The notes under the pieces were generated by a model, which was given only the letters and a program-made list of their open reading frames with translations, ran no database searches and was not told the DNA's origin. A stretch of 63,199 nucleotides of DNA, filler included, from Octopus bimaculoides (Eukaryota): the NCBI RefSeq assembly GCF_001194135.2. It is 6 parts of 6 records of this genome, joined end to end, with 100 filler letters (N's around TTAATTAATTAA, not from the genome) between each part and the next. Parts side by side here need not be neighbours in the genome. Positions count along the whole stretch, not along the records: positions 23,302 to 28,691 come from NC_068981.1; positions 28,792 to 43,018 come from NC_068986.1; 4 more parts are not named here. The stretch is one strand, 5' to 3'. Positions 26,205 to 38,339 of the stretch are shown piece by piece. The stretch's first letter is position 1, and the number at the start of each line of letters is the position of its first letter. Made by a program: the position numbers and the translations under genes.

Positions 26205-26266
26205 CAAGAGAGAAACAGAGAGAGAGGGGGAGTGAGAATTAGGGAGGAAAGGAGATAGGTAATTGG

Positions 26267-26301
<35 letters not shown>

Positions 26302-26642
26302 AGGAGAAAGAAAGAAAACGGGGAGAAGTGCGTAAAATGTCATAAGAGAGAATAACTGAGGAGGAAGAGAAGAAAGCGTGAATAAAAGAAAAAGAAAGAG
26401 AATATGTGATAAAGATGATATCAAAGAATTGAGAAGAGAGAGGGCGAGGTAATAAGAGCAAGAACAGACATGCGAATAGTCGGCAAGGAAGGAATAGTTG
26501 TCAGAAAAAGCAGACAAAGAAAGTGAAAGAATGTGTAAGAGATTCGAAAGAAATAAGGTGAAGCAAAGAATTTTGGTGTAGAAGGAATAAAAGATTTGAA
26601 GCGGAATAAAAGTGGGGAAAGAGGAGCGAAAAGAACTGGTTT

Positions 26643-26689
<47 letters not shown>

Positions 26690-26882
26690 CATTGACTGAG
26701 ATGATCAGCGAGTTTGCTCGCATTTAACAATTATACATAGTACTGACTCATTAAGTGCTTATACACACAAACCGAGCTCTTTCTGCCCAGAGACTGGAAT
26801 CGTTAATGAAAACAAGTTATAATGAACCAACCAGAAGAAAACTCCAGCAACTGAAAGCCGCTGGTGTCCGTCCTCTGTTGAC

Positions 26883-26975
26883 CTTTGTATTTCGAGAAAA
26901 TTTTTGGTCAAGATATTGCTATTAGCAAATGGCAACATTCCATAACCAGCGGTTCTTCGATAAATGTTTGGTTCG
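26883..26975 (-). CDS. Candidate coding exon (EPNIYRRTAGYGMLPFANSNILTKNFLEIQ-R; phase 2 to 2)
   Basis: Acceptor ctcttaactctctacgtcttaacttag; weak donor AG|gtcaac. The + strand frame is also open. Confidence 0.3.
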
Positions 26976-27271
26976 CTAAGTTAAGACGTAGAGAGTTAAG
27001 AGCGGCAAGATAGGCAGGGGGTGATGGAAAATATTTTCAAATCAAGCAAGGGTAATGCTGGTAAATTATTCTTTTCTTCAGAAAGCATCTGAAGAAAATT
27101 CAACACTCAATCACATCATATCCAGTCTTCAGTCTTCAAAGCAGTAGAGTTGTTTTGTTTGTTGGCTAAGTGCCCAGTCAAAGGTTAACAAGTCTTACTC
27201 TTCTCACAAGCACAATCTCCCTCACTTTCTGTCTGTATCTCTCTCTCCCTCTCTCCCTTTCTCCCTCTCTC

Positions 27272-27316
<45 letters not shown>

Positions 27317-27549
27317 NNNNNNNNNNNNNNNNNNNNNNNNNNNNNNNNNNNNNNNNNNNNNNNNNNNNNNNNNNNNNNNNNNNNNNNNNNNNNNNNNNNN
27401 NNNNNNNNNNNNNNNNNNNNNNNNNNNNNNNNNNNNNNNNNNNNNNNNNNNNNNNNNNNNNNNNNNNNNNNNNNNNNNNNNNNNNNNNNNNNNNNNNNNN
27501 NNNNNNNNNNNNNNNNNNNNNNNNNATATATATATATATATATAAATCA

Positions 27550-27862
27550 AGGTTCTCCGTCGGTTACGACGACGAGGTTTCCAGTTGATCCGATCAACGG
27601 AACAGCCTGCTCGTGAAATTAACGTGCAAGTGGCTGAGCACTCCACAGACACGTATACACTTAACGTAGTTCTCAGGGAGATTCAGCGTGACACAGAGTG
27701 TGACAAGGCTGATTCTTTGAAGTACAAGTTCTACTCATTTTATACCAGCTGAGTGGACTGGGGTAACGTAAAATGAAGAGTCTTGCTCAAGAACATAACT
27801 GGTATCGAACTCACAACTTTACGATCATGAGCCGAATACCCTAACCACTTGGCCACGTACCT
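27550..27862 (-). mobile_element. SINE family C variant
   Basis: Tail ccgtcggttacgacgacgagg..ccagttgatccgatcaacggaacagcctgctcgtgaaattaacgtgcaagtggctgagcactccac, shared with 29500-29660. Confidence 0.85.
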
Positions 27863-28453
27863 TCACATCTTCATGTGTGTGTGTGTTTGTATGTGTGTGT
27901 GTGTTTGTATGTGTGGGTGCGTGTGTGTGTGGGGGCGGGGTCTAAGCACTTAATGAATCGGAACTGTGTATAATTGTTGAATGCGAGCACACTGATCAGA
28001 ATCGCTAGAGCGTCGGAAAAACGTCCTGCAGTAATGTTCCGACTCTTACTCTGAGTTCAATTCCTGTTCAGATCGACTTCGGCATTCATACTCCCTGGTT
28101 GATAAAACAAAGCAACGGTCGAGTACTGAGATCGATTTATTCATCAAACAACAGCTTCTTTCACAATATTTCTTACAATACAGAAACTATTTCAATATTT
28201 TCATACGAACCCAAATAATTATATAATCATAAAAACAACATTCTTCTTTATTGTGTTGTGTTGTTTAATTGATTCCAGGAGCAACAAAGAAACAGAAAAC
28301 TAAGAAAAACCGAACGACAACAGAAACGATGTTCACATTTTAATGTAAAGAAATATGTGTCAGTGAGTGTACGTAGATGAGCGAGTGTTTATGTTGTTGC
28401 TTGTGGTAAAAATATGTAGCTCATGTATATATGTATGTGTTATGTGAATATAT

Positions 28454-28691
28454 GGAGGCGCAATGGCCCAGTGGTTAGGGCAGCGGACTCGCGGTCATAT
28501 GATCGCGGTTTCGATTCCCAGACCGGGCGTTTTGTGTGTTTATTGAGCGAAAACACCTAAAGCTTCACGAGGCTCCGGCAGGGGTTGGTGGCGAATCCTG
28601 CTGTACTCTTTCACCACAACTTTCTCTCACTCTTACTTCCTGTTTCTGTTGTGCCTGTAATTCAAAGGGTCAGCCTTGTCACACTGTGTCA
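28454..28691 (+). mobile_element. SINE family C, 5' part, cut by a scaffold join
   Basis: tRNA-like head ggaggcgcaatggcccagtggttagggcagcggact...gcggtttcgattccc. Confidence 0.88.
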
Positions 28692-28791
28692 NNNNNNNNN
28701 NNNNNNNNNNNNNNNNNNNNNNNNNNNNNNNNNNNTTAATTAATTAANNNNNNNNNNNNNNNNNNNNNNNNNNNNNNNNNNNNNNNNNNNN

Positions 28792-28844
<53 letters not shown>

Positions 28845-29039
28845 TTTGTGTGTGTGTGTGCTTGTGTGTGTAGAGTGAGAAAGACAATTGTGTGGATAAG
28901 CAAATTGAATATGTTAAATGTATACATGAAAAACGAGAGAAAGCAAATAGTGAAGACTTTCAGACTATGAATATTTAAGAATAAATATATAGATATTTAC
29001 ATTAATAGATCGAACTTACACAGAGCACAAACTGATAGT

Positions 29040-29240
29040 CCCGGGATCTCACCTATAGCATTCGCCATGTTAGATCGCTAGCCACTACACATTCGGTATT
29101 TTCACTCCCTGTTTCGTTCTGTGTTCTTTTCTGTGGAAGAGTGTAGGCTCGAAACGTTAAAAACTTTTTTACTCCCCGAGCGTTAAACTAATACATCTGT
29201 TTGTTGTCTACACGACCTATCTTCGTCTTTTGTTTTTTTT
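29040..29240 (+). mobile_element. Penelope-like terminal-repeat fragment
   Basis: Homologous to 23030-23170; carries a hammerhead-like motif. Confidence 0.6.
29127..29162 (+). ncRNA. Minimal type I hammerhead-like motif with variant core
   Basis: uuuu-CUGUGGA-A-GAGU(GUAG)GCUC-GAAACGUU-aaaa; palindromic ACGU helix III; U at core position 6. Confidence 0.5.
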
Positions 29241-29252
29241 GTGAATTCTCCC

Positions 29253-29302
<50 letters not shown>

Positions 29303-29351
29303 TGTGAGTGTGTGTGTATGTGTGTGTGTGTGTGTGTGTGTGTTTGTGTGT

Positions 29352-29660
29352 GTGGCCCAGTGGTTAGGACAGTAGATACGCGAAAACACCTAAAACTCCA
29401 CAAGGTTGTGGGTGTTCGCAAACCCTGCTGTACTCTTTCACCACAACTTTCTCTCACTCTTACTTCCTGTTTCTGTTGTACCTGCATGTATCAAAGGGCC
29501 AGTCATGTCACACTCTGTATCACGCTGAATCTCTCCGAGAACTACGTTAATGGTACACATGCGTGTGGAGTACTCAGCCACTTGCACATTAATTTCACGA
29601 GCAGGTTGTTCAGTTGATTAGATCAACTGCGACTCTCGTTTTCGTTACCGAGGAGCGCGA
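29352..29660 (+). mobile_element. SINE family C with internal deletion
   Basis: Matches 28454-28691 and the tail of 27550-27745. Confidence 0.85.
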
Positions 29661-29804
29661 CGATATATATATATATATATATATAGAAAGAGAGAGAGAG
29701 AGAGAGAGAGAGNNNNNNNNNNNNNNNNNNNNNNNNNNNNNNNNNNNNNNNNNNNNNNNNNNNNNNNNNNNNNNNNNNNNNNNNNNNNNAGAAAAGCAGA
29801 CGAC

Positions 29805-29892
<88 letters not shown>

Positions 29893-30220
29893 GCATACAT
29901 ACATTTATACACATATATTATAATAAACTCCACGGAGAGTTAATGGTGACATGTAGTCCGCTAGAAGCTGTTTCATGGTCCTATCTTCCACGACCAAACT
30001 GGCTCTCTCACCAGGTAATACTGATGTGAAGGATTCCTAGAAACACATCTAAAAAGTAGTATGTGACAAATTATGCCCTAACACCGCGTTCCTTTTATGG
30101 TTATGCAACAGTAACGCGGCAATTCAGAAATTACAGATTAATGTGCAGTGCGCTGTAAGACCACTGGCAAGGAATCAATTCTATTTTTATTAAAGTGCAT
30201 CTCTAAAAGAGAGCACCATA

Positions 30221-31219
30221 GGCGCAGGAGAGGCTGTGTGGTAAGTAGCTTGCTTACCAACCACATGGTCCCGAGTTCAATCCCACTGCGTTGCACTTTG
30301 GGTAAGTGTCTTCTCCTATAGCCTCGGGCCGACTAAAGCCTTGTGAGTGGATTTGGTAGACGGAAACTGAAAGAAGCCCGTCGTATATATGTATATAGTT
30401 TTTTCAACTTTATATTTTCTGACGCGACTCTATCTCTTTCTCTATCACTTTATCCCCCTCTCGTTCTTCTGTGACTACTACGTATCTCTCTTTACCCCTC
30501 TCGTCCTTCCCTCCGTTACTACTATATCTCTCTCTTTCCCCTCTCGTTCTTCCTTCTGTCACTACTATATTTCTCTCTTTCTCTCTTTCTCTCGTTGCTC
30601 ACCTATTGTTCTACTTCCTCCCCTTGTTTCTCCCTCTACCACTCTCTCTCTTCCTTACCTCTCCCTGGTCACATGCTTCCGGTCACTAATCCTTTTCTTC
30701 TTTGGCTATCGCCGAGCAAACACGTGAACTTACTTCGTCCCGGCTTTCAGTTCGTGCCTCACAGCGTTCATATACACATAATTTTTCACGTCTGGCCGCA
30801 TAGCCTTTTNNNNNNNNNNNNNNNNNNNNNNNNNNNNNNNNNNNNNNNNNNNNNNNNNNNNNNNNNNNNNNNNNNNNNNNNNNNNNNNNNNNNNNNNNNN
30901 NNNNNNNNNNNNNNNNNNNNNNNNNNNNNNNNNNNNNNNNNNNNNNNNNNNNNNNNNNNNNNNNNNNNNNNNNNNNNNNNNNNNNNNNNNNNNNNNNNNN
31001 NNNNNNNNNNNNNNNNNNNNNNNNNNNNNNNNNNNNNNNNNNNNNNNNNNNNNNNNNNNNNNNNNNNNNNNNNNNNNNNNNNNNNNNNNNNNNNNNNNNN
31101 NNNNNNNNNNNNNNNNNNNNNNNNNNNNNNNNNNNNNNAGATAGGCACCTATATATACAGGTAGACGTAGGTATGCACATACCTGTACGTATATATGCAT
31201 ATACTCATTTATTATTTGT

Positions 31220-31265
<46 letters not shown>

Positions 31266-31492
31266 TGTGTGTGAGAGAGTGTGTTTCTGTGTCTGTGCTT
31301 GTTCCCCTACAACATTGCTTGACAACCGATGCTGGTGTGTTTACGTCCCCGATAACTTAGCGGTTCGGCAAAAGGGACCGATAGAATAAGTACTAGGCTT
31401 ACAAAGAATAAGTTTTGGGGTCGATTTGCTCGACTAAAGCCGGTACTCCAGCATGGCTGCAGTAAAATCACTGAAACAAGTAAAAGAGTAAA
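30221..31492 (+). mobile_element. SINE family B whose halves (30221-30395 and ~31280-31492) flank a CT-rich tract and a gap
   Basis: Canonical head and canonical tail, both in + orientation. Confidence 0.7.
30455..30590. repeat. ~43-bp CT-rich minisatellite, 3 copies
   Basis: Unit ccctctcgt(t/c)cttcc.tc.gt.actacta.t.tctctcttt. Confidence 0.75.
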
Positions 31493-33065
31493 AGATGATG
31501 TAAATGGGCAGGTGATTGCCTGGGTGCCTGAGTGACATTACGGATTGTCAAAATTTGCTCAATCCTGATGGAGAGTTTGCATGTACTCTTAAATTCTGTG
31601 AGTTCTTGAATCACAACTCTAAGTTTTACGTTGTCGATTATTCTCACAATGAATGAAGTGAAGTACTGTATTATCAAAGAAACAAAACTATTTCCAAATA
31701 TACCGAAATATAGTTATTTACATTTGGCTGTTTACCAAAATGCACATGAACACGCATAAACACACACACACACGCACACACACACACACACACACTCATA
31801 CGCGCACTCACATATGCACATATACACTCATGTATACACATAGAAAAACACATATATACATGTGCTTATATATATGCGTGTGTGTGTGTGCGTGTGCTTA
31901 TATATATATACATTATATATTGATATATATATATATATATATANNNNNNNNNNNNNNNNNNNNNNNNNNNNNNNNNNNNNNNNNNNNNNNNNNNNNNNNN
32001 NNNNNNNNNNNNNNNNNNNNNNNNNNNNNNNNNNNNNNNNNNNNNNNNNNNNNNNNNNNNNNNNNNNNNNNNNNNNNNNNNNNNNNNNNNNNNNNNNNNN
32101 NNNNNNNNNNNNNNNNNNNNNNNNNNNNNNNNNNNNNNNNNNNNNNNNNNNNNNNNNNNNNNNNNNNNNNNNNNNNNNNNNNNNNNNNNNNNNNNNNNNN
32201 NNNNNNNNNNNNNNNNNNNNNNNNNNNNNNNNNNNNNNNNNNNNNNNNNNNNNNNNNNNNNNNNNNNNNNNNNNNNNNNNNNNNNNNNNNNNNNNNNNNN
32301 NNNNNNNNNNNNNNNNNNNNNNNNNNNNNNNNNNNNNNNNNNNNNNNNNNNNNNNNNNNNNNNNNNNNNNNNNNNNNNNNNNNNNNNNNNNNNNNNNNNN
32401 NNNNNNNNNNNNNNNNNNNNNNNNNNNNNNNNNNNNNNNNNNNNNNNNNNNNNNNNNNNNNNNNNNNNNNNNNNNNNNNNNNNNNNNNNNNNNNNNNNNN
32501 NNNNNNNNNNNNNNNNNNNNNNNNNNNNNNNNNNNNNNNNNNNNNNNNNNNNNNNNNNNNNNNNNNNNNNNNNNNNNNNNNNNNNNNNNNNNNNNNNNNN
32601 NNNNNNNNNNNNNNNNNNNNNNNNNNNNNNNNNNNNNNNNNNNNNNNNNNNNNNNNNNNNNNNNNNNNNNNNNNNNNNNNNNNNNNNNNNNNNNNNNNNN
32701 NNNNNNNNNNNNNNNNNNNNNNNNNNNNNNNNNNNNNNNNNNNNNNNNNNNNNNNNNNNNNNNNNNNNNNNNNNNNNNNNNNNNNNNNNNNNNNNNNNNN
32801 NNNNNNNNNNNNNNNNNNNNNNNNNNNNNNNNNNNNNNNNNNNNNNNNNNNNNNNNNNNNNNNNNNNATATATATATATATATATATAATTAAAGTATAT
32901 TTTTTAAATTGCACGCACACACACATATGCAGATGCACATGTGTACACACGAGCGCGCGTAAAATATACGCACGTTTATCTCCTTGTGCTGCTTCCCTTT
33001 TTCTCTGAATTAGAGATGAGTTCTAGTTTGATCACCTCCAATTCCATTTGTACTTTCAGATCAAT

Positions 33066-33138
33066 ATGACACGGCTATTTCCATTTTGCTTGTTGTTCTT
33101 GACAGCAGTAACTGCTCTCCAACCGGAAGAGGAGAAAG
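33066..33138 (+). CDS. First coding exon of a putative secreted protein (MTRLFPFCLLFLTAVTA|LQPEEEK-)
   Basis: Exon 33060-33138 with acceptor ccatttgtactttcag and consensus donor AAG|gtaagt. The ATG is followed by a basic residue, a hydrophobic core and a V-T-A cleavage-like site. Confidence 0.6.
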
Positions 33139-33477
33139 GTAAGTTTCTAATCAGATATAAATATACTGAATAATCAAACATTTGAAAATTGCATGAACGC
33201 CAATTCTTTCATCTTTTTAATCAATCAGTCTTTTCCCTTATTTTTTTTTAACTGTGTTACACTCATCGATATTTGATTTTCATTACCATAAATTGATAAT
33301 GTGTATACACACACATAAACAAATACAAGCGTACGCGCACGTACCCACACGCACGCACACACACACAGATACGCACACATTAATGTGTGTGTATGTATCT
33401 GTCTGCATGAATGTAAGTATATGTATGTGTGTGTATGTGTTTCTGTGCAAAATATGTAAGAATAGAGTAAGCAAATT

Positions 33478-33700
33478 ACTTTAATATATTGTTTCCTTAC
33501 AATAGTTTCATCTATTTCTATTTTAACCAATCTTGCCGTATGTTGCAATCATGTCGTCCACTATTAAAATGTTTCTATTCAGTGCGCAAGAGTTCTTTTA
33601 CAGTACATGACAAAGTTGACCAATCTGCATTTCGTAAAATCTAATATGTTGACTGGTATTGCGATGTTGCCAATAAGATCCTCGATACGATTCCGAGGCT
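33478..33700 (-). mobile_element. Possible Merlin/ISXO2-type transposase relic
   Basis: LVKIEIDETIVRKQY (cf. IVEIDES..GKRKY), with ADW upstream. Confidence 0.33.
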
Positions 33701-34934
33701 CGGTGTTCTGACTAATCATATAAATACACTGCAAATACAGGGGAAGAAAATGTTAAATAAGGTGGAGAGGTAATAAGAAGAATTTAATTAGATAATTAAT
33801 TGCGTTTCACCTCGAGAATTCTCTTTGTTGTTGCAAGACAATATCCCACTCTGTCACTTTCCATAAATGATCGCCGAAATTGCTGACTTTGACAGTCCTG
33901 TATTCCAAGGCAGTCGCAAAAATGGCCAGTTGCTTGATCGTCAAATCTTATATCTGAGCATCAAAAGTTACACATTAATATTCTATCCGTCAACAATGAT
34001 CAATTCGTCTAGTAAAGCAATTAATTACATTCGTTTATACACGCATACATTTTTAGACATGCACCTATGTCTAGCGGTAATTATCCTATAAATACACAGA
34101 TATTGATACTTGTTTACATACACGCACACACATAATTACGAATATTCATGTTCACACATTTGTACCAACCTAATTACATGTACAGATACTCATATTTGAA
34201 TACACAAAATTGTACACTGACGCACACGTACGCACACACACACACGCACTGATTGATCATTTCAATATCTTGGTATGGCTGATATTCAATTTCTCTAATA
34301 TTTGCCTAGTGTTTTTCAGGAATACCTACGTTCATAACTAATACTATACTATTATTTGTTTTTCTAAGGTTACGCTTTAGTTTATATCAATGATCTAGTT
34401 TCACTTCTCACTTAGCACTTAAGCCTTTTTTTATATAATGTTCTCATTGTTGATAAAATTACTGGATCTTAACAAACACTAATTTGATATATTTAAAATA
34501 CAGGCGGGATTACTATGTGAGAAATCCTTGTTGAGGTTTTATTGTATAGACACATCTAAATGTCTCATAATGCATAGCTATGATTAAAGGTACACCACAC
34601 TTGACCAGTCTCTATTACTGTGCCCAATGTAACGTTCCTTTAGTAAAGCATTTGTGTGATTTGAAGCATACGTGACTATTATATCTTGGAGATTGGTTAA
34701 GTGTCCAGAGAAGAACTTATATTAAAATTCGTATAGTGTCATAAAACATTAATTTACACACTATTTTACTCCAATAATTATTTCGCAGATATATTACTAT
34801 GCATAAGTGCAATGGAAATGAAGTAATTATGTGTCTATTTATCATCTAATTGTATTAATATGACCATTTCTCAATTTTCTTTATGCTTTAACCGTGGGGA
34901 AAATATATAATCCTGTGCATGTACACGTAGTAAG

Positions 34935-35025
34935 GCGGGGTGCAGGCAGCAAACTGGGCGAAATTAGCGGTATTTTGTCTGTCTTTACGTTCTGAGTTCA
35001 AATTCCGCCGAGGTCGACTTTGCTT
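34935..35025 (+). mobile_element. SINE family A, 5' half, running into an (AGT/GGT/ATT)n tract
   Basis: gttctgagttcaaattccgccgaggtcgactttgc. Confidence 0.85.
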
Positions 35026-35059
<34 letters not shown>

Positions 35060-35211
35060 GATGGTGGTGGTAGTAGTAGTGGTGTTAGTAGCAGCATTAG
35101 CATTAGTAGTAGTAGCGATGTGGTGGTATTATCATTATTGTTATTATTATTATTATTATTATTAGTAGTAGTAGTAGTAGTAGTAGTAGTTTAATTTTTT
35201 CGCTTTCACAG

Positions 35212-35267
35212 ATATAACGCAGCAAACAACACCTGTACCAAAACCTGAATACCGGAGTTTCTTGTAA
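35212..35267 (+). CDS. Candidate exon 2 of the secreted protein (D-ITQQTTPVPKPEYRSFL*, or spliced at 35263)
   Basis: Strong acceptor ttaattttttcgctttcacag. Only the phase-1 frame, which matches exon 33066-33138, is open. Possible donor TT|gtaaat, otherwise TAA at 35265-35267. Confidence 0.45.
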
Positions 35268-35779
35268 ATTATGCTCTTTGCTAGTTCACACCAAAACTTT
35301 TGGGCGTGCCCGAACCACGACCGTGTGTAGGAGAAACCTTTGCAAAAGACTGTTTCCGTTCATTAAATTGGTATCAAAATATTCCTCACGCGTATTTTTG
35401 TTTTGTTTTTTTCAAAACAGGACTGGGAAAAGCGGTAAATGATCCGACTGAATTTCATATATGAATTAGAAGGAAGCAAAGGACATGATCTCGGATAATA
35501 TTGGAACCAAATTTACTTTCTCCTAGTTTGTAATAAATCTGTCTTGTAAAATATCTAATATTGCTTAGTAGGTATAATTATAATCTATATATCTGTATTC
35601 AGAGTGTGACGGATGTTTAATCGAGGGTAAGTGCCGCAAATACGAAGATACATGGATGGAAAAGACGGAAATAATGTGCGCCGTGAAAACGTGCCATCGA
35701 ATGAGTGAAACGCAATGGAAAGTATATGCAAAATCTGTGTGTAAGTTGGCAAAGAAAATTTTTGTTTCCTTTCTTCAAT

Positions 35780-36010
35780 ATATCTTAAAACAGCAAAATC
35801 ACACCGAATATTATATTTGCATTCTTTTGAATGCGATAGGCCAAATTCGGCAACTGTTCATTACTAACCATCTGCCAACGCTAACTGTAAGATTGACGCA
35901 CCACAACTTACAGACGGTTACATCAGCCTCGGTAGACAATGAATTCTCACTTGATTGAACGCGACTGACGAAAGGCAATGTTCAACACAGTAGTGTTTGA
36001 AATCAATACG
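35780..36010 (+). mobile_element. Possible Penelope GIY-YIG and pLTR relic
   Basis: YYICILLNAIGQIRQLFITNHLP (cf. Y..C.C...YIGQT.R.L..R..EH), followed by a degenerate CTGACGA...GAAA motif. Confidence 0.35.
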
Positions 36011-36556
36011 AAAAGAAAGGTATCTAAATAGCGCATAACATTTTGGTAAGCGCTTCCACGATTCTGGCGAGCAGACAGAATCCATAGCAAATCTGACGAA
36101 ATTTTTAGCAACATTTCGTCCGCAACTTTAGGTTCTGTGTTCAACTTTTCTTTTCAGCCCTTTGGGGTCGAAAGTTAAGGGACCAGTCAAATACTGGAGT
36201 TGATGAAATTGACTGGATGCTTCACCTCAAAAATTGCTGGTATTCAAGCCAGTAACGGATAGGCGCCCTGTTCACAGAGATTGTGGTCACTTAATCGCCA
36301 TGAAGGCTAGGTAACCGGCCCTATGAATCCTAAGGATAAAGATACATAAAATAAACGATTCTCATACTTCAATGTTTAACTTGAAGTATGAGTTAGATGG
36401 CTGATATATTCCAAAGAATGAGTTTTTGTGACTGTCCATAAACTATATTTATATCTAAATGTATCAACAATTCATATCAGTATATGTACAGATTTCGAAA
36501 TTCAAGGTTTGATTTAGTCTGAGATTACGCACCTGAGCAAATATGCACATACATAT

Positions 36557-36600
<44 letters not shown>

Positions 36601-36983
36601 NNNNNNNNNNNNNNNNNNNNNNNNNNNNNNNNNNNNNNNNNNNNNNNNNNNNNNNNNNNNNNNNNNNNNNNNNNNNNNNNNNNNNNNNNNNNNNNNNNNN
36701 NNNNNNNNNNNNNNNNNNNNNNNNNNNNNNNNNNNNNNNNNNNNNNNNNNNNNNNNNNNNNNNNNNNNNNNNNNNNNNNNNNNNNNNNNNNNNNNNNNNN
36801 NNNNNNNNNNNNNNNNNNNNNNNNNNNNNNNNNNNNNNNNNNNNNNNNNNNNNNNNNNNNNNNNNNNNNNNNNNNNNNNNNNNNNNNNNNNNNNNNNNNN
36901 NNNNNNNNNNNNNNNNNNNNNNNNNNNNNNNNNNNNNNNNNNNNNNNATATATATATATATAGACACACACATGCATACATAC

Positions 36984-37014
<31 letters not shown>

Positions 37015-37025
37015 TGCATACATAC

Positions 37026-37062
<37 letters not shown>

Positions 37063-37589
37063 CACGCATATATATGTGTGTGTTCATGTATGTATCTATG
37101 TATTTATATCGCTGGCCTTGTGCCAACGTTTTAAACCATAATTATGTGAAAGATAATTATTTGATAGAATAGCCAATACATTGTTCGTTTTCTTATCAAA
37201 AACAGATTGTCGGAAAAATAATGGTAATTGTGTCAAGAAAGATAAAGTTTGGGCCGGCATGGAAGATGGTGTGTGCTGGATTCACAAGTGCAATATTAGC
37301 GGAACTAATCGCATACAAATCACATCAAGATCCGGAGGAAAATGTGTAAAAGAGTGAGTATATATTTTTTCATTCCAATTTTCGCGATATCACTGTTGAG
37401 TTATCGTTATACACACCTCCTCTTCAGTTCCAGCTTTAACGTCTAGTTAAATGTTGCAACTGAAAACACGTTAAAATCATTCTTCTTTTCTTTCAATTTA
37501 AAAAGCGTCTGTTTTTTTTTTGTGTTTGTTTGTTTTTTTCAGGGCAGAATTAAAATTGAAATTCTTCTAACTTTTACTTCTTTAATATT

Positions 37590-37850
37590 TGACATGACTG
37601 CGGCCATATTGAATGGTTTAATTGAACAAATCGACACCAGTTATTATTCAGTTTTAGGTGTGGTACTTATTCTATCAGTTTGTTTTGTCGAACCGCTGTC
37701 GCATAAACAGATTAACACTGGTTGACAAGCAATGGGTTGAGAAACACACACACATACATATACATGGCGGCTTTCCCCACAGTTTCTGTCTACCAAATTC
37801 ACTCAAACTTCTTTGGTCGACACTTAGGCCTATGCTACAAGAAATTTGCG
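37590..37850 (-). mobile_element. SINE family B, degraded
   Basis: tgactgcggccat...aaccgctg...cagtttctgtctaccaaattcactca. Confidence 0.75.
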
Positions 37851-38339
37851 TAATGTTAGCACTAAATTACAGTGTTAATTAGAAGTGAGGAGTCTGATAT
37901 TCTCACTTACATCGTATTCAATCTCGTCAGAGCAATAAGAATCGAAATATTGTATGAAAATATAATCCAAAGGAACCCTGCATAGGCAAACAGGCTTGTC
38001 TATTTATACACTCATCCGCGCACGCACACGGACACACACACATATGTATATGTATGTCTGTATGACGTCTTTGCCATCCCAATTCACACGCGGCTATAAT
38101 AAAGGGATGTTATACAATGTGGCGCCCAGTTGAACTGAGCCGGAAAGCACGTGATTACAAAGCGAGCCCTCCCCGCTCAAATATTTCAACTACATAAATT
38201 ACAATGTTAAAAAGAAGGGAAGAAACTATTATTCCCATGTCTAATACAGTCTTGTCAGAATAATAATTACTGATGTATGGCAAATAACTTGCACATGCAA
38301 ATGTTTAAAGTCGAAAGCTTCGAATACCGCAAGCCAGCA

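Noticed and set aside
28278-28343. + strand exon candidate EQQRNRKLRKTERQQKR
   Set aside because: A-rich low-complexity sequence resembling a repeat tail.
28454-28530. tRNA-like sequence with A and B boxes
   Set aside because: No acceptor stem or cloverleaf closure, and it continues into a multi-copy SINE body.
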